A stretch of DNA of 64,000 bases from Octopus bimaculoides (Eukaryota): assembly GCF_001194135.2 (NCBI RefSeq), contig NC_068982.1:172949192-173013191 (forward strand), in the 5' to 3' direction. The notes under the pieces were generated by a model. It was given only the letters and a program-made list of their open reading frames with translations, ran no database searches and had not been told where the DNA came from. A program made the translations under genes and the position numbers. Position 1 is the first letter of the stretch; every line of letters starts with the position of its first letter. This document shows, in pieces, positions 27,701 through 39,999 of this stretch.

Positions 27701-28070
27701 TATATATAACAATATATGAGTATATGCATATATATGTACATGTATGTACATACCTTCATCTACATGTACACATAGATACATAACTGGGTACATGACGTGG
27801 CAAAAGAACATGGACAAAATGATAAACAAGGTACAACAAACAAGCAAGCCACATAGAAACATCTCCTTCATCAGCTGCTACCGTTAAAACACCGGCGTTC
27901 GGAAATGTTCTCTATGTGGCCTGTGTGTTTTTTGTACCTTGTTTATCATTTCATCCATGTTTTTTTTCGCAACGTCATGTACCCAGATATGCATCTATAT
28001 ATACATGTAGATGAAGGTATGTACATGCATGTACATATATATGCATATACTCATATATTGTTTATATATA
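27701..28070. repeat. Long foldback: two ~165-bp inverted arms around a 34-bp spacer
   Basis: 27701-27866 is the reverse complement of 27901-28070 at roughly 90% identity by eye; both outer ends run into TA microsatellite. Confidence 0.9.
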
Positions 28071-28613
28071 TGTGTGTGTGTGTGTGAATAGGTGTACTTT
28101 TGTGACCTTGTATTGATTTATTTACTTGTAAATAAACTGATAATTTAGGTGTCTGGAATAAAGAAGAAAAAAAAAATTATGATTTCTCTCAAAATTAATT
28201 GAATACTTTCTATAAACGACACCAGTGCACAGTTAGTACTGATATTATTGTCATGGCTCTTCGCTTGTAACGTTGTTACTTTCATCAGTCTAACTTAATA
28301 ACCAAAAACATTCCAGCGATGAATATCCCGTGTGATTTTCCTTTGAGACGCTCGGGTTTGATATGAGGTAGATTTCCCCGCTCTTTCTGGCCAGTGTAGT
28401 GTCTGCGTCGCCTCTTTCTCGTTGGTTCGAACTCAGAATGTAGAGAATTACGGATCAACGTTTATTCCAGCGCTCCGTCGTTTCTGCTTCTTCTCTACAA
28501 CAATAACACCAATAACGGTCTCTGATTTAGGTACAAAGCCAGCATTTTCCTGAGGTGGGATTTGTGGAAACCATTGACTACTGGAGTTACGTTAATAATA
28601 ACAGAAAATAATA

Positions 28614-28733
28614 CTCTTTATTCTCTCTCCTTTACTTGTTTCAGTCATTTGGCTGCGGCCATGCTGGAGCAACGCCTTTAGTCGAGCAAATCAGCCCCAG
28701 GACTTATTCTTTGTAAGCCTAGTACTTATCTAT
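28614..28733 (-). mobile_element. SINE family B 3' domain before a gap
   Basis: TTTACTTGTTTCAGTCATTTG...GGACTTATTCTTTGTAAGCCTAGTAC. Confidence 0.8.
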
Positions 28734-30381
28734 NNNNNNNNNNNNNNNNNNNNNNNNNNNNNNNNNNNNNNNNNNNNNNNNNNNNNNNNNNNNNNNNNNN
28801 NNNNNNNNNNNNNNNNNNNNNNNNNNNNNNNNNNNNNNNNNNNNNNNNNNNNNNNNNNNNNNNNNNNNNNNNNNNNNNNNNNNNNNNNNNNNNNNNNNNN
28901 NNNNNNNNNNNNNNNNNNNNNNNNNNNNNNNNNNNNNNNNNNNNNNNNNNNNNNNNNNNNNNNNNNNNNNNNNNNNNNNNNNNNNNNNNNNNNNNNNNNN
29001 NNNNNNNNNNNNNNNNNNNNNNNNNNNNNNNNNNNNNNNNNNNNNNNNNNNNNNNNNNNNNNNNNNNNNNNNNNNNNNNNNNNNNNNNNNNNNNNNNNNN
29101 NNNNNNNNNNNNNNNNNNNNNNNNNNNNNNNNNNNNNNNNNNNNNNNNNNNNNNNNNNNNNNNNNNNNNNNNNNNNNNNNNNNNNNNNNNNNNNNNNNNN
29201 NNNNNNNNNNNNNNNNNNNNNNNNNNNNNNNNNNNNNNNNNNNNNNNNNNNNNNNNNNNNNNNNNNNNNNNNNNNNNNNNNNNNNNNNNNNNNNNNNNNN
29301 NNNNNNNNNNNNNNNNNNNNNNNNNNNNNNNNNNNNNNNNNNNNNNNNNNNNNNNNNNNNNNNNNNNNNNNNNNNNNNNNNNNNNNNNNNNNNNNNNNNN
29401 NNNNNNNNNNNNNNNNNNNNNNNNNNNNNNNNNNNNNNNNNNNNNNNNNNNNNNNNNNNNNNNNNNNNNNNNNNNNNNNNNNNNNNNNNNNNNNNNNNCT
29501 GTGTACCAAAATTAGAAACCAGTATTTACGTAGTTATAGAAGTTTTATGATAAGTAAACTAATCTAAAACAATATTTTAAATTTTGATAAATATCGCAAA
29601 TTTTATTTTTATTTAAAGTTTTCAATTTTTTCAAAAATGATCTATCTCTGTTAATCATATGTGGTTTCGAGTTCAGTCCTACTGCGCGGTGCCTTGGGTA
29701 AGTTACTTCTACTGTGGGCCCCGGAGTCTCTAAAGTGTTGAGGCTAAATTTGGTTGACGGAAACTGTGCGGAAGCACATTGTTTCTGAGTTTGACAATGA
29801 GACGTAGTTTGGTCGACGAAACCTATAGATGTACGGTCTTTCTTTCTTTTTTTTTTTTCATGCCAAAAAAATTTTTTTAAATATGTACTAGGGTCGATTT
29901 GATCAAGGTGATGCTCCAGCAAGGCCGCAGTCCAATGAGTGAAACAAATAAAAGATGTTTGGGATTGGGGCACAGAAAAATTATTTCAGGGTACGTGTGG
30001 GAGGTAGAGCTTAAAAAAAAAATTATTAATCTCTACGAACACTTGAAGCTGAAAAGATAAATTGCTCCTATGTTCTTAGATTACATGAATTGGTTAGTTT
30101 TGACTATGAAGCCTTCTCCAAACTTTAAAGAATTATTTATTGGTCTGTGAATGGTAGGATCCGTTTAACTTTTGTTATCGCTACGATCTATGTCAATGTT
30201 GTTTTCACCAGTAAAGCCAAATTGATCTGAGTTACTTCCCTTACACCATTTAACCGATTGTTTTTGTTGTTTAGTCCCCAGATGAACCTTGATCGAACAA
30301 GCTTGTGATAAAAGGAACTCCAGCTATACAAGTTACTCTTCCATTTTTTCTTCCAGCCTAGTATGGCTATGTATGCGTATA

Positions 30382-30417
<36 letters not shown>

Positions 30418-30756
30418 TAATGCACATATACACACATAGAGAAGGCTATTTCTTTATTATCTCGTGTATTTTCTCCTTCAAGACAACCGGGTGTAATTTG
30501 ATTAGATTTTTAACTGTTGTTTCTAGCAAGCCATGTGACCGCATAGTGGTTCACCCGCTTTGCTATTTTGCTCACCTTTCTCTTCATACAATCCTGAGTC
30601 AGTTGATATAGGTCATAGCTTGGTTTCTCCTTCTCTCTATCTCTTCTTTTCTTTGTTGTATACACTTCTTGTTAAAACTCTCCTTCACGTTTTTACACAC
30701 TACTGGCAAAATTTTCTTTGTGTGTATGCATTGCGTATCTATCTATCTATCTAATA

Positions 30757-30894
30757 AAATTATAACTAAGGGTATCTAAGAGATACCACCATGCTTGAAA
30801 TAGCAGCCAAAACATTTAATGTGGTTTTAGAGACAAGTTTTGGGTGCTATATCTAGCATGGTGGTATCTCTTAGATACCCTTAATTATAATTTT
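30757..30894. repeat. Hairpin / MITE-like foldback
   Basis: ~57-bp arms (AAATTATAACTAAGGGTATCTAAGAGATACCACCATGCT...GCCAAAAC) with few mismatches around a ~23-nt loop. Confidence 0.85.
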
Positions 30895-31128
30895 AATTAT
30901 AATTATTACCTTTTGAGGTTTTTATTCCCATGCTAGCCGCCTGATATGATCGGTATTTTAAATAACGATCTAATCCTTATTTATATAAATATCTATCTTA
31001 TACACACACACACACACACACCTATCTATCTATCTATATATATATATATATAATTCATAGGGCAGCAAAAAAAATTTTTGAAATTTAATTTACCACCAGT
31101 GGTCCAGCGAGAATAAAAATTAGTCAAT

Positions 31129-31194
<66 letters not shown>

Positions 31195-31743
31195 GAGAGA
31201 GGTTGTATAGATAGATTACGTATACATACCGATTATATAAATGTATGTATGTATGCAGCATGTATTTTCGTGTAAGCGCGTCCATTTTGTAAGATCTTAG
31301 TTTGGCGTCGTCTGAAAATATGATTTCTAAATACTTATTCTTTCTTGCATTTATTTCTGCGCGTGCGGCGTGTTCGTGTGAATGTGACTTTTGCCTTGCT
31401 TTTTATAACATAGTAATCATTCGAACAAGGAAGTTAATATATCTTTGTTTCTCTCTCTCTCTCTCTCTCTACTCATATTTCTTGAGGATTTTCTTTTTTA
31501 AGTCAAATATAATTTTCTCACATTGAAACAGGGCCAGAAATTGCAGGTGATTAGCGGTGTAGTCGATTGAACCGTACCCCCATTATATGGCTGTTTGCCC
31601 TCCCTGGAGGTGATAAAACGTAAAAAAATCAACACCTGACAAGGTCTCTAGTTCCACGGATAATAAATTAATAATGCAAAGCTCATATTTTCCTTCTCTC
31701 CAACGCTCTCCTGTTTCGGAATAAACGTAGATTTGTCGTGTAA

Positions 31744-31776
<33 letters not shown>

Positions 31777-31967
31777 TGTGTGGTCGTGCGCTCACTTCAA
31801 GCTGATTCAACAAAGTCTGTTACAGCCTTTAATCGTAATTTCTGTAACGGGCTGGTTTTCTGTTTGAAGGGTATGATGTGATCTCGGTTACTTACGCGCC
31901 GTGGAAACAGGGTAACAGGCAGAACAAGGCAGATGAAAACCGTAACGTATTGAATGTGTGTGTGTGT

Positions 31968-32036
31968 GTGTGTTAGGTAGAATCAACAAAAAAGTACTCC
32001 TGAGTGTGTTAGGTAGAATCAACAAAAAAGTACTCC
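31968..32036 (+). repeat. Exact 33-bp tandem duplication (period 36)
   Basis: GTGTGTTAGGTAGAATCAACAAAAAAGTACTCC at 31968-32000 and 32004-32036. Confidence 0.95.
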
Positions 32037-32090
32037 CGACCAGTGAGAGATGGATATCAACTTAATACTCATTAAATTGATATACTCACA

Positions 32091-32175
32091 CACAGGCTGT
32101 GTCCATAAAGTCTGTTTACAATATAGAGTACAAAACTATGGAAATTGTAAAGGTTATTTATGGACACGGTGTGTA
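32091..32175. mobile_element. Miniature Tc1/mariner-type MITE
   Basis: Inverted ends containing GTGTCCATAAA / TTTATGGACAC about 80 bp apart; TA at the right end, left end blurred into a CA repeat. Confidence 0.5.
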
Positions 32176-32388
32176 CATACATATACAGCTACGCGCGTGT
32201 GTGTGTAAGACAAGAAACGGATTGTTTGTTGAAGCAGTTTTATTTCTTTTCATCTCTGTCACTTCACCATAGTCGCCTTGACCACAAGAAGTAAATGCAC
32301 TTCTCCACATCGTCTTCCTTGAACCTCCAGGCGTATGCTTAGACTAGACCCGTTCACTCACCATTCTTGCTACATTCACCCACATTTC

Positions 32389-32582
32389 AATAATAATAAT
32401 AATCCTTTCTACTATAGGCACAAAGGTCTGACATTTAGGGTGAGTGGGCTAGTCGATTACATCGACCTCGAAAAGATGAAAGGCAAAGTCGAACTCGGCG
32501 GCATTTGAACTCAGAACGTAAAGTCAGATGAAATGCCATTAAGCATTTTGTACGGCGTGCTAACGATTCTGCCAGCTCGCCA
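32389..32582 (-). mobile_element. SINE family A, internally deleted
   Basis: Head, B-box and tail present; the segment between the two TCGACC motifs is missing. Confidence 0.8.
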
Positions 32583-34388
32583 AAGTGCAGCATGGAACTT
32601 GCGATTCAGTATTTTGTTTTGTTCGTTTTATGTTCTTAGTTCAAATTACAACAGTGCTCCGCAACCTGTTTTCAGCGGCACACTGGTGTGCTACTAGACG
32701 ATGCTAGGTGTGCCGCAGTGTAACTTGAATATTATTATTTTTTTTTCCTCCTTATACTTTTAGTTATATTTTTAGTTCACGTATTAATCCCACCTACTTA
32801 TTTCTGTTTGTGGTCGATATAACCAAACACGTGAACAAGACTTCCAAGAGGAATCATGTAAATAAATAATATAATAAGAAAAATAAAAAGTAAGGTAGTG
32901 GGACAGGCAAATATGGCGGCAAGCTGCGAAAGAAATAGGTTTTTTCATTATATGTCCCAAATAGAAGGCAACACTTGGCATCTTATTAATGCCTAATCGT
33001 CGCCTTACTTTTGGGACGATTCTAGAGAATATTGATATTTTCCGAAAATTAATGGCCTGTCTGAGGTTTATGTGTAAATGTTTTAGTAGCGTGAATATGT
33101 TAGTATGAACTGTTTTAATATGCTTGTGTGTGTGTGTGGTGGTGGTGGTGGGGTTAATTTTTGGATTTTGTTCTTGCGTGCGTGTGTTCTTTTATACTAA
33201 GCTGTTTGTATGTTATGTCTGTTTTTGGTGGTGTCGGAGGACACGGTAGACCCATTTCGAAACCCTATAAACTGTGTGAAGATTTGTGTCAAGAACACGA
33301 AGTTCAGAAGTGAAGGTGAAGTGCATGTGATGCGGAAGAATTATTAATTATTATTATTATTATTATTGGTGAATAATGGATGTAGTTGGCGGGCGGGAAG
33401 ATGTTTCAAGTTTAATCAAAGCTAGATGTTATATATTCTTCGTCTTTTTCTCCTCTTTTTTGTTTTGTTTTAATTGGATAAATTAGGAAGGAAATGTTTT
33501 GCACTTAACAACCTCGTCACTTAATTGTACAACAAGGTGTTATAGTGGTGATGATGATGATGGGGATGGGGGGAGGTACTGGTCTTGGTTTTGTTGGCAT
33601 TAGTAACGGCGTTGATTTCTTGTCCTTGGTATTTCTTGTCGCTTCAATTGAGGCGATTGTAGGTGAGTTGGGTGGTGGTGGTGGTGGGAAGAAGGAGTGG
33701 TTTCAACCCCCCCCCCCCCAAACAAAATACGAAACTGTAAACTTGATTTTTCAAGAATTTGGTAATATTTCTTCTGCTTCCCAATCGATTTTAACCAATA
33801 TTTATGGTCAAGGCTGATTAGGTTAAAGTAATTTCCTGGTTGAGTAATTTTGGCAGAGATGCTATGCCTTGATCTAGCAAACACAAGCAAGGGTTTCACC
33901 CTCTTTTTTGTTTTTCTTCTTTCAAGTAGTTAACAGCATTATTCAAAGTACCCTTCTTTTACTAAGCCGGTAGAATTTGTTCCGAAGACGATTTGGTAAC
34001 CGTTTCTAGCAGGCTTAGCGATCACCGTCTCATGGTCGACCTGGGTGTCATACGGGTGAATTGTTGTTAATGAAATTGACGAAATAACACGGTTTGAATG
34101 CTTTTTATCATAAACCTATTTGATCAGAACTTAGGGCTAAACAAGAGAGCCATGGTGCTGTACAACTTGTTAAAAAAATATCAGCCCAAACCACTTCAAA
34201 AGGAGGAAGATACAATAGACAATGCCATGCTAGATATACTATATCCGAAAAAAAAAACTGGATGAATGGCCACGACAGGAACGTCATTTACGAGTGAAAT
34301 ATAAATAACCACCATTATATGAACCACGGTCATGACTAACAACCCGTATACGGTTTAAGAAATATGGTCGCATTATTCACCCGTATGT

Positions 34389-34760
34389 GGAGGCGCAATG
34401 GCCCAGTGGTTAGGGCAGCGGACTAGCGGTTTCGATTCCCAGACCGGGCTTTGTGAGTGTTTATTGAGCGAAAACACCTAAAAGCTCCACGAGGCTCCAG
34501 CAGGGTATGATGGCGAACCCTGCTGTACTCTTTCACCACAACTTTCTCTCACTCTTACTTCCTGTTTCTGTTGTACCTGTAATTCAAAGGGTCAGCCTTG
34601 TCACACTGTGTCACGCTGAATATCCCCGAGAACTACGTTAAGGGTACACGTGTCTGTGAAGTGCTCAGCCACTTTCACGTTAATTTCACGAGCAGGCTGT
34701 TCCGTTGATCGGATCAACTGGAACCCTCGTCGTAGTAAGCGACGGAGTGCCAACAACAAC
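34389..34760 (+). mobile_element. SINE family C, full length, tRNA-derived, (CAA)n tail
   Basis: A-box TGGCCCAGTGG and B-box GGTTTCGATTCC; body is the reverse complement of 21329-21602. Confidence 0.88.
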
Positions 34761-34931
34761 ATTAAATAGTTTATCTCGGACCAAATACATTATCAAACAT
34801 GTCTTCGATTTTTCTTTAAAAAAAAAAAACTGTAGGATGTGATTTGAAAGAGACTTTGCTGCTATTTCTTGCTGGGACCATGTAGAGATAGTCTAGTCAG
34901 CTAGTGGCCATATGGTTTTGTATTATTGGTG

Positions 34932-35135
34932 ATCAGATGGCAAAATCGTTTGCAAGTCGGTCACAAAATGCTTAGCGGTTTTTCTTCCGGCTCGTTAAAC
35001 GTTTTGAGTTCAAATTCGGCCGATGTCTACTTTGCCATTCATACTTTCGAAATCGATAAAATAAGTACCAGCTGAACACTAGGGTCGATGTAATCCACTT
35101 ACTCTCTTCCACTTGTACCAAAATTTGAAATCATT
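34932..35135 (+). mobile_element. Diverged SINE family A
   Basis: AAATGCTTAGCGG, GAGTTCAAATTC and GATAAAATAAGTACCAG motifs in order. Confidence 0.7.
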
Positions 35136-35589
35136 ATTAGTGACAGCCATATTGTCTGCTAATTTTTTAAATTTTCTTTTTTTTTTTTGATGATGCTGTT
35201 GTTCTTGGTGGTGTCGACGGTGGTTCTTACAATGGTTAGAGAATGAAGCTGTTTGTTTTGCTGTGTGGTCTACATGATNNNNNNNNNNNNNNNNNNNNNN
35301 NNNNNNNNNNNNNNNNNNNNNNNNNNNNNNNNNNNNCACAAGAAATTCCCCCTTCCACTCCTACTCTCTTTTGTCGCCATACTCTTTCCCCACCCCCACC
35401 GTAACCCTATTACGGGATGTTTGAAGAGAAAAAGGACTCCCTCCTTTTTAAGGGCGAAAGAGCAGTGAGGGTTCATTATGAATTCTACTTCAAGGTTTAG
35501 TAAATATTCTAAGTAAACTCTCTTTTATTGACACGCATTTCGGCCCCCTCCATTTGTTGTCTCTTCATACACTCCGACCACCACCACCG

Positions 35590-35647
<58 letters not shown>

Positions 35648-35940
35648 CCTTCTTACGTCTGTACCTTTTTCTGCTTTCTATTTCATTTTCCTGGAAACTA
35701 TATTCCAATTTATTTACGAACGCAGTCCCGTCCCGTTCATCGCCTTCAGTCGACATTTTATTTATCTATTCATTTAATTATTGTTTGGGATTGATATTTG
35801 TGTTTGATTCCGTCAGATAAATAAAAAAAAAAATTTAAAAAAGGCCACTAATGAACTGTTCCATTTTCTATTGATTAAAATATCGAAATTGTCTTTCTTT
35901 CCTTGCTTTATTCACTGAAGAAAAGTATTCAGCTAAAAGG

Positions 35941-36572
35941 AATAATAATAATAATAATCTTTTCTACTATAGGCACAAGGCCTGGAATTTAGTGAAATGG
36001 GGGTAGTCGATTACACCGGTACTCAATTTATCGACCCCGAAAGGATGAAAGGCAAAGTCGACCTCGGCAGAATTTGAACTCAGAACGTGAAGTCGGACGA
36101 AATGGCGCTAAACGTTTTGCCCGGCGCGCTAACGATTCTGCCGGCTCGTCGCCTTAATCATAATGATAATAATCCTTTTCTACTAAAAGCACAAAGCCGG
36201 AAATTTTGCGGAAGGGGATTAATCGATTACAACGACTCCAGTGTTTCACTAGCGCTTAATTTATTGACCCCGAAAGGATGAAAGGCAAAGTCGACTTCGG
36301 CGGAATTTGAACTCAGAACGTAGCGACGGGCGATATACCTATTTCTTTACTGCCCACAAGGGGCTACACACAGAGGGGACAAACAAGGACAGACAAACGG
36401 ATTAAGTCGATTATATCGAGACCAGTGCGTAACTGGTACTTATTTAATTGACCCCGAAAGGATGAAAGGCAAAGTCGACCTCGGCGGAATTTGAACTCAG
36501 AACGTAGCGACGGGCGATATACCGCTAAGTATTTTGTCCAGCGTACTAATGAATATGCCAGCTCGCCACCTT
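35941..36572 (-). mobile_element. Tandem of three SINE family A units
   Basis: Units at about 35941-36155, 36156-36339 and 36340-36572; the last two share a private head variant. Confidence 0.85.
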
Positions 36573-36599
36573 AATAATAATAATAATAATAATAATAAT

Positions 36600-37073
36600 G
36601 GGCTGCAGCAAATATTCTGCTCAATACCACAGATTTGCTTGTCAGTTGTTTGACCATAGCCTGTTGAGCATGTCCCTTGGTGGATGACGATATGTGCATC
36701 TCTGACCACGAGCAGAAGTAGTGGGGGAGCATCATAGCCATGTGTTGAGAGGAGTTCTTTGGGGTTTGAATAATTCACCTTTGGAAACATGGGTGTTTCA
36801 TTCAACACCCTTAAACAAACCTTATTCAGGAACCTTTTGAGTGGTATGGGCTACTCGAACTGAAGAAAATTCTAACTGGGCCCCATCTGCAAGGTCATGC
36901 GCTGTTTATCTTGATACTAGATCACCATGCTGCGCACATATGGTTGTGACGCGTGTGTCTGATGTACCCTTATCAGACGGGTAGTCATGATGGGTAGACT
37001 GGACTTTGTATATTTTACCTCAGTATCACTTTGATGGCATGCACTCCTCTCTCACTCAATAATAATAATAATA
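36600..37073 (+). mobile_element. Retroposon family F (~470-550 bp)
   Basis: Colinear with 47033-47575; both start in (AAT)n and this copy ends in (AAT)n. No ORF. Confidence 0.8.
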
Positions 37074-37211
37074 ACAACAGTCATTTACATTCTTGGTGTA
37101 TGTATTGATAGACACACATGTTTTTCTCAAAGACATCGTTCTTGCTTCCTGCAAACAACTTTTCTAAAAATCTGTAACCCTTACACTCCATGCCATCTCA
37201 GAAATCGATCT

Positions 37212-37289
<78 letters not shown>

Positions 37290-37652
37290 TATGTACTTAG
37301 GCGTCCTTGAAAATGGCTGGTGTGTGTTCTTTGGCTACAGTCTCTTCCTAGGATTATTCAGGCTTCTGTGACAATCATAGGTTGAATCAACATACCCTTG
37401 TGCCCCCTGTCATCATCACAGCGTCTTAATCATCACCGCCATCTTCACCAACAACACCGGACACAACACAGCCACCGCCATTACATCTAACTATTAGTAT
37501 CTTAGTACTATCACAAACACCGCTGTGGGGCCTGCTTTATAAAAACCCATGAATAATCTCTAGTTTTACAGTGTAACCACCACCATCACGACAATCGGTG
37601 CTATTACTACTACAACTACCAGCACTACAGTTACTATCGCCAAGACTATTTA

Positions 37653-37821
37653 CCGTATATATTTAAGGTGTATAAGGAACCCCTTAATTTTTGGGGCTTA
37701 AAATTTGGTAAAAGGTTTTATAAGGGATTATAATACTATCCATGTTTAAGAAACTCCCATATTTTTTTTACCTAATTTTTGACCAAAAAAAGAAGGGTTC
37801 CTTATACATGTTAAAATACGG
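37653..37821. mobile_element. pogo/Tigger-type MITE
   Basis: TA-flanked inverted termini CCGTAT...GTATAAGGAACCC / GGGTTCCTTATAC...ATACGG. Confidence 0.8.
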
Positions 37822-37936
37822 TATCTCCACTTCAAAAGCCATATCACAACTTAGGTCTGTAATTCGGTCTAAGGCATGTGACGTAACTCGAAAAACGACG
37901 TAACACGAAAACACCTTTTTTTTTTAATAAAGAAAA

Positions 37937-37967
37937 TTGTCAAGCGATGGTGGGGAGACACATACAA

Positions 37968-38019
<52 letters not shown>

Positions 38020-38291
38020 GTAATCAGACTGGAGCCTGGTGTTGCCATCCGGTTTCACCAGTCCTCAGTCAAATCGTCCAACCCATGCTAGCATGGAAAG
38101 CGGACGTTAAACGATGATGATGATGATGATGATGTATACGACGGGCTTCAGTTTCTGTCTACAAAATCCACTCACAAGCGTTTGGTCGGCCCGAGGCTAT
38201 AGTAGAAGACACTTGCCCAAGGCGCCACGCGGTGGGACTGAACCTAAAACCATATGGTTGGGAAGCAATCTTCTTACCACACAGACACTCC
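37937..38291 (-). mobile_element. SINE family B interrupted by an RTE-like tail element
   Basis: Partial 3' domain, microsatellite, inserted element 38022-38134, then core and head. Confidence 0.75.
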
Positions 38292-38796
38292 TGTTTTTTT
38301 TTNNNNNNNNNNTGTTTTTTTTTTTTTTTTTTTTAGATATGTTCGTTTTGTGACCGACGTAAAGTTGAAATCGACTTAAAGTTGAGGTTCATTTTCCTAT
38401 TAATTAAAAGGCGAAACTGGAAACGACTTAAGTTGAGGTATGCCTGTATTATACCATATATCACCGATCAAAAAAAAAAAAAAAGAAGTCTCTCCCCACA
38501 TCTCGCCGTATTTGTTTATCTTTTCTGTCCATTAGGGAGGTAATATGGAGTCTTGCCGGACGGTGTATGTGCGTGTGTACGTACATGATCAAATATTTGC
38601 TGTAGACCGGAATTCGCATAAGAGACAGGCTCATCATCATCATCATCATCGTTGTCGTCTTGGTCGTGGTCGTCGTCATCTCTTTTGTTCTTGGCGAGCT
38701 TTAAAAGGTTTTAACATGAGAATAGGCGACCATTGTCTGCAACATGTTTTTCTTTTCTTTTTTTTTTTTAATAAGGGAGAAAGATTGCTATATTTT

Positions 38797-39999
38797 TCCT
38801 TACTCTTTTACTTGTTTCAGTCATTTTCCTGAGGCCATGCTGGAGCACCGACTTTAGTCGAGCAAAGCTACCCCAGGACTTATTCTTTGTAAGCCTAGTA
38901 CTTATTCTATCGGTCTCTTTTGCTGAACCGCTAGGTGACGGGGACGTAAACACACCAGCGTTGGTTGTCAAGCGATGTTGGGGGGGGGNNNNNNNNNNNN
39001 NNNNNNNNNNNNNNNNNNNNNNNNNNNNNNNNNNNNNNNNNNNNNNNNNNNNNNNNNNNNNNNNNNNNNNNNNNNNNNNNNNNNNNNNNNNNNNNNNNNN
39101 NNNNNNNNNNNNNNNNNNNNNNNNNNNNNNNNNNNNNNNNNNNNNNNNNNNNNNNNNNNNNNNNNNNNNNNNNNNNNNNNNNNNNNNNNNNNNNNNNNNN
39201 NNNNNNNNNNNNNNNNNNNNNNNNNNNNNNNNNNNNNNNNNNNNNNNNNNNNNNNNNNNNNNNNNNNNNNNNNNNNNNNNNNNNNNNNNNNNNNNNNNNN
39301 NNNNNNNNNNNNNNNNNNNNNNNNNNNNNNNNNNNNNNNNNNNNNNNNNNNNNNNNNNNNNNNNNNNNNNNNNNNNNNNNNNNNNNNNNNNNNNNNNNNN
39401 NNNNNNNNNNNNNNNNNNNNNNNNNNNNNNNNNNNNNNNNNNNNNNNNNNNNNNNNNNNNNNNNNNNNNNNNNNNNNNNNNNNNNNNNNNNNNNNNNNNN
39501 NNNNNNNNNNNNNNNNNNNNNNNNNNNNNNNNNNNNNNNNNNNNNNNNNNNNNNNNNNNNNNNNNNNNNNNNGTGCGGGTGACACGTAAAAGCACCCACT
39601 ACACTCTCTGAGTGGTTGGCGTTAGGAAGGGCATCCAGCTGTAGAAACTCTGCCAAATCGGACTGGAGCCTGGTGTTGCCATCCGGTTTCACCAGTCCTC
39701 ACTCAAATCGTCCAACCCATGCTAGCATGGAAAGCGGACGTTAAACGATGATGATGATGATGATGATATATATATATACACACACACACACACATGACAG
39801 GCTTCTTTCAGTTTCCCTCTACCAAATCCACTCACAAGGCTTTGGTCGGCCCGTGGCTATAGTAGAAGACACTTGCCCAAGGTGTCACGCAGTGGGACTG
39901 AACTCGGAACCATGTGGTTGGCAAGCAAGCTTCTTTATTTCATAAATATTTGCCATAAAGGCATTACAAGCTTCTTACCACATAGCCACTCCTGCGCCT
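38797..39999 (-). mobile_element. SINE family B spanning a gap and an RTE-like tail element
   Basis: Tail 38797-38988, gap, inserted element 39572-39767, then core and head 39797-39999. Confidence 0.7.
39572..39767 (+). mobile_element. RTE-like 3' tail element ending (GAT)n
   Basis: GGCGTTAGGAAGGGCATCCAGCTGTAGAA...CCCATGCTAGCATGGAAAGCGGACGTTAAACGATGATGAT. Shorter 5'-truncated copies at 5194-5288, 38022-38134 and 63566-63716; an old copy near 62400-62620. Clade assignment is inference. Confidence 0.7.

Noticed and set aside
33545-33899. Overlapping 90- and 99-aa ORFs on opposite strands
   Set aside because: Built from GGT/GAT and poly-C repeats with no recognisable domain; more consistent with a regulatory island.
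12880-35748. Shared 13-mer GTTCATCGCCTTC near 12880 and 35735
   Set aside because: Within chance expectation for this window size; the flanks do not align.
35941-36572. Regularly spaced repeats that superficially resemble a CRISPR array
   Set aside because: The units are ~200-bp SINE copies without unique spacers; eukaryotic context and no cas genes.
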